Source: Bacteroidota bacterium
GTDB lineage: Bacteria > Bacteroidota > Rhodothermia > Rhodothermales > JBCCMF01
DNA length: 64,000 nucleotides
Assembly (NCBI GenBank): GCA_038747545.1
Contig: JBCDJT010000004.1
Location: forward strand, 810-64,809
Direction of reading: 5' to 3'
Shown here: piece after piece, positions 44,662 to 52,066 of the stretch
Position numbering within the stretch: position 1 is the first letter of the stretch
Layout of the letters: each line of letters begins with the position of its first letter
Position numbers and translations under genes: made by a program
The notes under the pieces: generated by a model
What the model was told of the DNA's origin: nothing
Seen by the model: the letters and a program-made list of their open reading frames with translations, nothing else
Databases searched by the model: none

Positions 44662-45594
44662 TTAGGCAGTAAGCGTCCAAAGATCCCGCAGTATCAAGGT
44701 CTCGATTCCAGCTATACGAGCCGATAGAGCGCCATCGCTTTCCATTTCGGGGCGAGGATCTACAAAGTAGACGCCATCAAGCGAGCCCAGAGCTACACTA
44801 TACCCGAGAAAGTGGTTACGCTTGAACGTAGACGCGATACCAAAGATTGACCCGGAGCGCTTCGCACGCTGCACGTCATGTAGGAAGACGCCGACAACGG
44901 GGACGTCTCGTCCAACAAGCGCTGAAATCATCTTCTTATCGAGGAAAACCTTGTCGATCCTGTCTTTGCTTGTGGTCTTGACTGAACCGATCACTTCACC
45001 TGGTAGCAGTGGGGTCTCACCTGTCCAGACGACGCCGTTTTTTGAGAAAACAAGGTCCAGTTCGTACTTCATGGTGAACCCGTCACCCCCTGGCACGGGA
45101 AGCACAACGGTGCGCGGCTCGCAGGTCAACCCGGTTTCCTGAACAAGAAGAAGGATCAGCCGCTCAAACACCTGCCCGACTCGCTTTCTCGCCCGGTTTG
45201 CATTGCGAAGTGAGTCTGCGACGCACCCCACGGCTTGTTGGGCCGTGTAAAGCACGCGTCGCATCTCGCCCGACCGTTTATATGAGTCAACAGGACTTAG
45301 CTGGTTGTTGGCAGCCGTGTTGATCGCGTCGAGCATTCGGTTAAATGCCGCTTTGAATTCATCCGGTCGCCTGATCCAGAGATCAAAGTTCAGCGGTCGA
45401 GTGATTGCTCGTTGATACTGTGCACCGAACTGGTAGAAGCGATATCGGGAATCATTCGGAGCATGGATGAGCGTTGGTTGCTCTGCGTCCACATATTCGA
45501 GGAAGGCTGCCCCAAACAGCCGGTAATGGTTGAGAACCGTGAATCCTGAAAGATCGATCAGTCCTTCTTGAAGGGGAGCAAGTGGTCCGTTCAT
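44662..45594 (-). CDS. Putative type II restriction endonuclease (PD-(D/E)xK-like)
   Basis: 310 aa. Start overlaps the MTase stop (ATGA). Candidate catalytic region is YELDLVF...GSVKTTSKDR. Family not recognised. Lower G+C than the flanks. Confidence 0.6.
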   Translation of the reverse strand: MNGPLAPLQEGLIDLSGFTVLNHYRLFGAAFLEYVDAEQPTLIHAPNDSRYRFYQFGAQYQRAITRPLNFDLWIRRPDEFKAAFNRMLDAINTAANNQLSPVDSYKRSGEMRRVLYTAQQAVGCVADSLRNANRARKRVGQVFERLILLLVQETGLTCEPRTVVLPVPGGDGFTMKYELDLVFSKNGVVWTGETPLLPGEVIGSVKTTSKDRIDKVFLDKKMISALVGRDVPVVGVFLHDVQRAKRSGSIFGIASTFKRNHFLGYSVALGSLDGVYFVDPRPEMESDGALSARIAGIETLILRDLWTLTA

Positions 45595-46592
45595 CGGATC
45601 GCCTTCCTCCGCTCCTCATTTGCACGATCATAGGCAATCCACTTCTCGACGCTCCATCGTTCGACTCGTTCGAGACGGTCAATCGCCCAGGTTGAATATT
45701 CAGGCGTCAGGTCACAGCCAGACCAACGGCGGCCGAGCTGTTCTGCAACTACGGGCGTAGTGCCCGAACCAAAGAAGGGGTCAACTACGAGATCTTCAGG
45801 ATTCGATGACGCTAATACAAGGCGCCGAATCAGTTCCTCTGGTTTCTGCGTCGGATGTGGCGTCTTTTCATGCATTCCGTTGCATGTTGTAGGTATCTCT
45901 ATCACATCTTTTGGTTTGGCCCCTCGTGGGTGAGGCGTCCAGTGATCTTTCCGCTTCTTCCCATTTCCGTACTGGCTTGTCTTTGCCTGGGGATGGGAGG
46001 GGTACTTCAGCGTGTGCGCCCCATAGGGGATACGTACGTCATCTGTGTTGAACGTGAACCGTTTGCTCTTGCGAAAGTGGAGAATGCTCTCGTGCGAGCG
46101 TCCCCAGTCATTACGCAAGTTCGCTTTGTTTTTGTAGTGCCACACAAGCCAGCGGCACCCCGTGAAGTAGCGCGAAGCTGGATGCCGAAGATCAGCTAGG
46201 ATTTCCGAAAAGCCACAGACATACAGCGTCCCTTGTGGCGTCAGCACACGAGAAGCCTGTTCGATCCATGCCAACGACCATTCGACATAGGCCTGCTGCG
46301 ACTCAAAGGTGTCCCACTCTGCCTTCTTGATGCTGTAGGGCGGGTCGGCCACGATCAGATCTACGCTGGCGTCAGGCAAGGTATTCAACCAAGCAGCGGC
46401 ATCGGCTACCCATAGCGCGCCGTTGGGATGTTCGTAGACCTTGACAGGAGACTCAGCCTTACGAACTTCGGGCAGATCAAATTTTGTCCCACGTGGGTCA
46501 GGCGGAGGAAACAGACTGGGTTCGTTATCAGGCTTTTTGGCTCGCGCGAAGGATCGGGCAGGTTCTCTGACTTTCGCTTGCTCCATCGGCAT
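45591..46592 (-). CDS. DNA methyltransferase, beta class (motif IV DPPY before motif I FGSGTT); probably N6-adenine
   Basis: 333 aa. Motif LIVADPPYSIKKAEWD is followed, near the C-terminus, by VVDPFFGSGTTPVVAEQLGRRWSGCD. Confidence 0.88.
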   Translation of the reverse strand: MPMEQAKVREPARSFARAKKPDNEPSLFPPPDPRGTKFDLPEVRKAESPVKVYEHPNGALWVADAAAWLNTLPDASVDLIVADPPYSIKKAEWDTFESQQAYVEWSLAWIEQASRVLTPQGTLYVCGFSEILADLRHPASRYFTGCRWLVWHYKNKANLRNDWGRSHESILHFRKSKRFTFNTDDVRIPYGAHTLKYPSHPQAKTSQYGNGKKRKDHWTPHPRGAKPKDVIEIPTTCNGMHEKTPHPTQKPEELIRRLVLASSNPEDLVVDPFFGSGTTPVVAEQLGRRWSGCDLTPEYSTWAIDRLERVERWSVEKWIAYDRANEERRKAIR

Positions 46593-46674
46593 TGCTTGGG
46601 TTCATTCGGAGAAGACCTCAGAATATAGCCAGGACTGCTCTGCTTGTGCCCCCACACCAGAAATTGCTCGATAG

Positions 46675-46905
46675 TCAGCTCACCGTCTGCGACACAGCGC
46701 CCGTCTCGGGGTCTTGCAGGATGCGCTTGAAGCTGCCGTCAGGCATGAGTTCTTCTTTGATGACCACCTTGCCGTCGTGCATCTCCTTGGGCACGGCGAT
46801 GCGCTCGGTGGTGCCGCCGCGCCAGTCGTCGATCTCCACGGGCTCCCACTTGCGCGACTTGGCCGAGCGGTAGCACGCGTCGATGATGGCGTTGACGATG
46901 TAGCC
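46675..46905 (-). pseudogene. Displaced 3'-terminal fragment of the Gfo/Idh/MocA gene, copy 4 (youngest)
   Basis: 231 nt aligns to 48921..49151 with 8 substitutions, all synonymous. The encoded 76 aa are identical to the live C-terminus. Confidence 0.95.
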
Positions 46906-47010
46906 ACAATAACGTCTCGCAATACTGCTGCGCGGCCTGCCCGCAGGCAAGCGAAGTATACCTACCTGTCAACCCGTGACAGCAGCAACACCTTGTTTGA
47001 CGGTGGGGGC

Positions 47011-48705
47011 CTACGAAGACCCACCCGGCAGCTTCTCCAACAAGCTGCGAATCAGTGAGTCGACAGGACCACGACGCGCAGCATTTAGAGCCTCGGAAGG
47101 CGCTTCGACCACGGCGTCTGCCACGATGCGCTTGGCGTCGTGCTCCACATTGTCTGACCATGTCTTGCCCTGCGCGGTCATCGTTTGCTTAAGTCGGCTA
47201 CTCCACTTCCCCTTACCCTTCCATTGCTTCCCGACCAGCTTGACCCCGAAGTGTTGCTCGATCTCCGTTCTGTATACCTGCGCGTCGAGCATGTCTTCTA
47301 GTTCGGCATCCGAGCCACCCGGCGGCGAGGTCACATGAAACTCGGATGGCGTCAGCAGGCCGTCAGCTTGCGCTTTGGTCACGGCCGACCGGCCAGCGTC
47401 ATCGTTGTCTAAAAAGCAATGGTACTCGGTGATGGCATTCCTGAGCTCCGAGAGCTTATAGCCGAGCTTTCCGCCACCACCGATCGAATCGATCACGAGG
47501 GTGTTCTCAGAAAGGGCAGATGCCAGAACCGGCGACTCCTGAGCTAGCACGGCACCTAGTATTCGAACATCAGAGAGGCCCTCCACGACCAGTACGACCT
47601 CGGCGTGCCGCAGATTGTCGGAAGCCCTCACCCCGAGGGCCTCGCGGATCTCGTCAATGCTGGTAGCTGGTTTGGCCAGACTCGCTTCGACCAAGATGTT
47701 CGAAGCAACATCAACTCTGTCGGCAAAGACCGGCGAGTGTGTGGTAATAACGATCTGGTGCTCCGCGGCCAGGTCACGGAGGACGCCCCGAAGCCGATGA
47801 ATTGCGCTGGGATGCAGGTGTGATTCGGGCTCTTCAAGTCCGAGGATCAGATGTCTGCCCTCTGTCGCCGTACCGCGAAGGAGGCCAATCGCAGCGAGAC
47901 TCTGTACTCCGTCTCCCTTTCGCCCGAGGCTGGTGGCCGTGCCGTCGTCAACCACCACGTCGATTGAGCGTCGGATAGCCCGATACCGGTCGTCCTCGTC
48001 GAGCCTGACCTTGACCTCTTGGACAGATGGCATGAACCCCTGAAGCGACTCTCTGATCACCTGTCCCAATGAATCTAGCACGGGCTTCTGCAGCTCCGTG
48101 ATCTTCGCGATAGCTGCGGCGTAGTCTGGGTCCTTCTCAAGGGCACGTAGGTCTCGGGCTACCATGTCTCGCACCACCGATATGGCGGCTTCGGCTGTCC
48201 TAACGGCCGGGATGTATGTAAAGACCACGCGCCCCCCGATGAACTCGGCGACCTTCTCCCGCTGACTGTTGAGAGCTTTCGAGCCTGGTCCCTGCTTGAT
48301 GACCTTGAAGAACGGGTCGGATCTTCCCATTCGGATCTCAACAGGAAGCTCGTCACTGATCTTGCTGCCGACCTCCCTTTGGAAGTCTTCCTGCTCTGCT
48401 TGATCAAGTTTGAAGCGGAGGCGAAAGACGCTTTCCCCATTCGGGGCGGAGTCCTGCAGCGACACAGGGAAGTCACGCTCCCAGTTGTAGCGGCGGCGAC
48501 GGAGTGAGGCGCCGCGAATGCGGCCTTTGATTATTCGGACTCGTGCGAGTTGTTCGACTACCTCCATCGCCGCGGACAGCCCAGCGAGGAGGTTTGACTT
48601 GCCCTCATTGTTCTTCCCGATCAGGACGGTCGACGCCGACATCGGCAGGCGATGTGCCTTGATGATGCTTCGGTACTTGCTCGCGGAGAAGGAAGTCAGC
48701 TGCAT
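47011..48705 (-). CDS. Stand-alone OLD-family nuclease (ABC-type ATPase + Toprim)
   Basis: 564 aa. Walker A is GKNNEGKS. Also LILGLEEPESHLHPSAIHRL and VITTHSPVF. Toprim motifs are VVLVVEGLSDVRIL and FLDNDDAG. Confidence 0.85.
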   Translation of the reverse strand: MQLTSFSASKYRSIIKAHRLPMSASTVLIGKNNEGKSNLLAGLSAAMEVVEQLARVRIIKGRIRGASLRRRRYNWERDFPVSLQDSAPNGESVFRLRFKLDQAEQEDFQREVGSKISDELPVEIRMGRSDPFFKVIKQGPGSKALNSQREKVAEFIGGRVVFTYIPAVRTAEAAISVVRDMVARDLRALEKDPDYAAAIAKITELQKPVLDSLGQVIRESLQGFMPSVQEVKVRLDEDDRYRAIRRSIDVVVDDGTATSLGRKGDGVQSLAAIGLLRGTATEGRHLILGLEEPESHLHPSAIHRLRGVLRDLAAEHQIVITTHSPVFADRVDVASNILVEASLAKPATSIDEIREALGVRASDNLRHAEVVLVVEGLSDVRILGAVLAQESPVLASALSENTLVIDSIGGGGKLGYKLSELRNAITEYHCFLDNDDAGRSAVTKAQADGLLTPSEFHVTSPPGGSDAELEDMLDAQVYRTEIEQHFGVKLVGKQWKGKGKWSSRLKQTMTAQGKTWSDNVEHDAKRIVADAVVEAPSEALNAARRGPVDSLIRSLLEKLPGGSS

Positions 48706-48920
48706 AGGCCCCTTGAGTTTTTCACGTCCTGAAGCACCGCCTAACTAGTATAGATGTATGCAGCGTGCGAATATAACACTACGCTTTGCACCTACAAAGT
48801 TCAGTCTATCCAGGAGTTTAACCTAGTTGGCTGAATTTAATCAGCATATTTGCAACTTTCCTACAGGGGCCAAAGCTAATGCTGCGAACGGAATCACCCT
48901 GCGGCATGGCGTGTGCGCTC

Positions 48921-50111
48921 TCAGCTCACGGTCTGTGACACGGCGCCCGTCTCGGGGTCTTGCAGGATGCGCTTGAAACTGCCGTCAGGCATGAGTTCTT
49001 CTTTGATGACCACCTTGCCGTCGTGCATCTCTTTGGGCACCGCGATGCGCTCGGTGGTGCCGCCACGCCAGTCGTCGATCTCGACGGGCTCCCACTTGCG
49101 CGACTTGGCCGAGCGGTAGCACGCGTCGATGATGGCGTTGACGATGTAGCCGTCGTAGAACGTTTCCATGGGCTCTTTGCCGTCGTCGATACTGTCGAGC
49201 ATGTCGGTGAACATGTCGGTGTAGCCGAGGGCGGCTACCTCGTCGCCGACGGGGAAGAGCCAGCCGTTATCGACCTCGACCTTCTCGGCCACGTAGCCGC
49301 CTTGTCCGCCTTTGGTGAACATCTCGAAGCCGGTGCGCAGCCAGTGGTTGAGCCAGATGGTGCCTTGTGTGCCCGAGACCTCGTCGCGCAGGTCCATGCC
49401 GCCGTGAAACGCCCAGCTCACCTCGAACTGCCCCACCGCGCCGCTCTCAAACTTGACGAGCCCGACGGCGTGGTCCTCAGCTTGGATCGGATGCACGAGC
49501 GTGTCGGCCCAGCACATGACCTCGACGGGGCGATTGCCTTTGCCGACGAAGTTGCGGATGATCTCGACGCAGTGGCACCCCATGTCGATCATGGCGCCGC
49601 CGCCTGCCTGGTTGTGGTCCCAGAACCACGCGCTGTGCGGCCCCGGATGCGTCTCGCGCGAGCGCACCCACAGCACATCGCCGATGGCGCCGTTTTGCAC
49701 GGAGGCGATGGACTTGAGGGTCTTGGGCGTGTAGCAGAGGTCCTCGAGGTAGCCGTGGAAGACGCCCGCCTTTTCCACCATGTCAAGCATGCGCTTGGCC
49801 TCCTCGGCGGTGCGGCCCAGCGGCTTCGTACACAGGATCGCCTTGCCCGCTTCGGCGCAGAGGCGCACGCATTCCTCGTGGACGATGTTAGGCAGGCCGA
49901 TCACGACCACGTCGGTGTCGGGGTGTTCGATGGCGGCTTTGAGGTCGTCGGTGGCGTGGCCGATGTCCCACGTCTTGGCGAACTCGGCGGCGCGTTCAGC
50001 GCGGCGCGAGTAGACCACGGCCACCTCGTCGCGGCTGCGCTTGCCGTGCAGCGTCATCGTGTAAAACATGCCGATCAGCCCGGTGCCGAGCATCGTGATT
50101 TTATGTCCCAT
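48921..50111 (-). CDS. Gfo/Idh/MocA-family NAD(P)-dependent oxidoreductase (intact target gene of the cassette array)
   Basis: 396 aa. Rossmann N-terminus [17 protein letters not shown]..., then CTKPLGRT and the typical C-terminal alpha/beta domain. Confidence 0.9.
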   Translation of the reverse strand: MGHKITMLGTGLIGMFYTMTLHGKRSRDEVAVVYSRRAERAAEFAKTWDIGHATDDLKAAIEHPDTDVVVIGLPNIVHEECVRLCAEAGKAILCTKPLGRTAEEAKRMLDMVEKAGVFHGYLEDLCYTPKTLKSIASVQNGAIGDVLWVRSRETHPGPHSAWFWDHNQAGGGAMIDMGCHCVEIIRNFVGKGNRPVEVMCWADTLVHPIQAEDHAVGLVKFESGAVGQFEVSWAFHGGMDLRDEVSGTQGTIWLNHWLRTGFEMFTKGGQGGYVAEKVEVDNGWLFPVGDEVAALGYTDMFTDMLDSIDDGKEPMETFYDGYIVNAIIDACYRSAKSRKWEPVEIDDWRGGTTERIAVPKEMHDGKVVIKEELMPDGSFKRILQDPETGAVSQTVS

Positions 50112-50310
50112 CGGAAGTGAGGGCGTTGAGTGAAACAGGTATGCAGGCTACACAACGGTAATCGTGCGGCTTTGACTTTCGCAAGCGGATGCGGTATCAT
50201 CGAGTATACATCCGAATGTACGGACATACAACGGCGTCACAATCAAAACCCTCGCTTCTTCTCCCGTCCGCCGGGCTCAGCCGCAGCGCCCCGAGCCGCT
50301 CTACCACCAG

Positions 50311-51003
50311 GTGGAGACGGACGTGCGGCGCCTGATCGACGGCGGCGTGTGGGCGCCGGGGACGACGCTGCCGCCCGAGACGCAGCTCATGGCCGCCTAC
50401 GGGGTGAGCCGTCACACCATGCGGATGGCGCTAACGCGCTTGGCCGATGCCGGGCTAATCGACCGCCGCGCTGGCGTAGGCACGGTGGTCTGCGAGCCGC
50501 AGGATGTGCAGGCGTTCTACCTGGACCGCAGCTTCACCCGGCAGATGGCCGACCTCGGCCTGAGCACGCACACCGACGTGCTCGATGCGCAGATGGGCTG
50601 GATCGAAGCCGACGCGTCGGCGCTGGCGGCGTATGCCGGGACGCCCGCGTTTCACCTGACGCGCCTGCGCTACGGCGACGATCAGCCGCTGGCGCTGCAA
50701 CGCACCACGCTGCGCGCCGCCTTCTGCCCGCACATCGACCGCTACGACTTCGCCGCGCACTCGCTCTACGCCGTGCTCTCGGCGGAGTACCACCTGACCA
50801 TCGCCACCATCGACCACGCCGTGACGGCCACGACAGCCACCGCCGACCTCGCCACCACGCTCCGTGTGCCCGAGGGCGCGCCGCTGCTCGTCGTCCGCAC
50901 CTCGGCGTACCTGCCCGACGACGCGCTCATCGAGCACACCGTCAGCCACTACCGCGCCGACCGCTACGCCTACCGCTGCCGCGCCCGCCTCAACGATGCC
51001 TGA
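50311..51003 (+). CDS. GntR-family transcriptional regulator, HutC subfamily (UTRA effector domain)
   Basis: wHTH region is LPPETQLMAAYGVSRHTMRMALTRLADAGLIDRRAGVGTVV, with a UTRA-like C-terminus. GTG at 50311 is the first canonical start, but the conserved PLYHQ lies in-frame just upstream (see findings). Confidence 0.85.
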   Translation: METDVRRLIDGGVWAPGTTLPPETQLMAAYGVSRHTMRMALTRLADAGLIDRRAGVGTVVCEPQDVQAFYLDRSFTRQMADLGLSTHTDVLDAQMGWIEADASALAAYAGTPAFHLTRLRYGDDQPLALQRTTLRAAFCPHIDRYDFAAHSLYAVLSAEYHLTIATIDHAVTATTATADLATTLRVPEGAPLLVVRTSAYLPDDALIEHTVSHYRADRYAYRCRARLNDA

Positions 51004-51034
51004 TGTGTTCCACACGATGCGATGCCCTCCAGTT

Positions 51035-51138
51035 TGTCATCCCGAGCGGAGCCGAGGGATCTCCCCCGGCATCGTTGTGCATAGCGACGAAGTGGGAGAT
51101 CCCTCGGCTCTGGCCTCTGGTCACCGCTCGGGATGACA
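51035..51138. repeat. 104-bp palindromic REP/MITE-like intergenic element, copy B (flipped relative to copy A)
   Basis: Termini are TGTCATCCCGAGCGG ... CCGCTCGGGATGACA. Inner pair is GCCGAGGGATCTCCC / GGGAGATCCCTCGGC. The asymmetric bulge CTGGCCTCTGGTCAC is the reverse complement of the one in copy A. Confidence 0.75.
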
Positions 51139-51168
51139 AGAATAAAGTGCGCGCCAGACCCTAATCTT

Positions 51169-51204
51169 TGAGACCTGAGACCTTCCGACCTTCGACCTGA
51201 GACC
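51169..51204 (+). promoter_or_regulatory. Tandem heptamer/octamer array (TGAGACC TGAGACC TTCCGACC TTCGACC TGAGACC) 6 nt upstream of the SIS gene start
   Basis: Read directly from the sequence. Shares the 14-mer TTCGACCTGAGACC with the array at 56099..56142. AGACC matches the half-site of DasR/NagR-type HutC operators. Confidence 0.4.
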
Positions 51205-51210
51205 TTAATA

Positions 51211-51984
51211 ATGTCTTCCTCTGCTTCCGCCTACCTCGACGCCGCCACGGCGATCATCGACGACATCCGCACCCACGAACTTGACGCCATCGACGCCGCC
51301 GCCGAGGTGTGTGCCGAGGCCATCGCCCAGCGCGGGCTCGTCCACCTCTTCGGCACGGGCCACTCGCGCATCATGATCGAGGAGATGTTTCCGCGCCACG
51401 GCAGCTACCCGGGCTTCCACCCCATCGTCGAGTTGTCGCTGACCTTCCACAACCCCGTCGTCGGCAGCAATGGACAGCGTCAGGCCATGTTCTTGGAGCA
51501 CGTGGAGGGCTTTGCCAGCAAGATCCTGCGCAACTTCGTCATCGCCCCGCCCGACTGCTTCGTGATCGTCTCGAACAGCGGCGTCAACGAGGTCGTGGTG
51601 GAGATGGCGATGGAGGCGAAAGCGCTGGGCTGCACGGTGATCGCGCTCGTCTCGAAGGACCACTGCGCCCGCTCAGCCGCCAAGCACAGCAGCGGCCAGA
51701 AGCTGCCCGATATCGCCGACATCACCCTCGGCAACGGCACGCCCGGCGGCGACGCCCTCGTGGCCATCGACGGCATGGATGAGCCCGTCGGCCCTGGATC
51801 CACGGTAGGCGGCGCGGCGGTGATCAACGCGCTCAAGTGCCAGATCGCGCACAAGCTCGCCGAGCGGGGCGCGGCGCCGATCGTGCTCAGCAGCGGCCTA
51901 GTCATCGGCAGCGAGGCCTCGCAACAACGATTCGACGTGGTCTACGACGACTACCGCGAGCGGATGAAGAAAGTGTACGGCTAA
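51211..51984 (+). CDS. SIS-domain protein (UPF0309-like)
   Basis: 257 aa. Reads GLVHLFGTGHSRIMIEEMFPRHGSYPGFHP...CFVIVSNSGVNEVVVEMAMEAKALGCTVIALVS. Confidence 0.75.
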   Translation: MSSSASAYLDAATAIIDDIRTHELDAIDAAAEVCAEAIAQRGLVHLFGTGHSRIMIEEMFPRHGSYPGFHPIVELSLTFHNPVVGSNGQRQAMFLEHVEGFASKILRNFVIAPPDCFVIVSNSGVNEVVVEMAMEAKALGCTVIALVSKDHCARSAAKHSSGQKLPDIADITLGNGTPGGDALVAIDGMDEPVGPGSTVGGAAVINALKCQIAHKLAERGAAPIVLSSGLVIGSEASQQRFDVVYDDYRERMKKVYG

Positions 51985-52066
51985 ACGCGGCACCCCTTTT
52001 CGCATGACGCTTTTCAGCCCGCGCTCGTACTTTGGAAGGGATTCCTGATCTTTCGCTCGCGATCCG

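Larger units (their letters stand above)
42857..48920 (-). mobile_element. Composite accretion island: four cassettes (VapBC, HicAB, R-M, OLD) separated by displaced copies of the oxidoreductase gene 3' end
   Basis: Five co-oriented copies of the same gene end (four fragments plus the live gene) show a distance-dependent decay gradient. Cargo is only TA/defence genes. Spot G+C in the R-M and OLD modules is lower than in the flanks. No recombinase recognised. Confidence 0.65.

Noticed and set aside
47011-48705. Calling the OLD-like protein Gabija GajA
   Set aside because: No GajB-type UvrD helicase gene is adjacent. The cassette holds a single gene, so I call it only a stand-alone OLD-family nuclease.
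44190-49119. Repeated plus-strand ORFs encoding [40 protein letters not shown]... (44190..44555, 46592..46873, 48913..49119, partly 43599..43943)
   Set aside because: They are the antisense reading of the repeated oxidoreductase gene end. The repetition is real, but the coding sense is the minus strand.
42857-49151. Possibility that the repeated units form a CRISPR array or an integron
   Set aside because: The repeats are 69-253 nt pieces of a coding sequence separated by gene-sized, unequal spacers. There are no short regular repeats, no cas genes, no intI and no attC-like imperfect palindromes at cassette ends.
42857-50111. Silent-cassette antigenic variation or a shufflon switching the oxidoreductase C-terminus
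   Set aside because: All copies are in direct orientation. The best-preserved copy encodes an identical peptide, so it offers no variation. The enzyme is a cytoplasmic Rossmann-fold protein, and no invertase is present.
50130-51164. 344-aa Arg/Pro/Ala-rich ORF overlapping the GntR gene in another frame
   Set aside because: It is a low-complexity out-of-frame shadow. The GntR frame has a clear wHTH and UTRA pattern.
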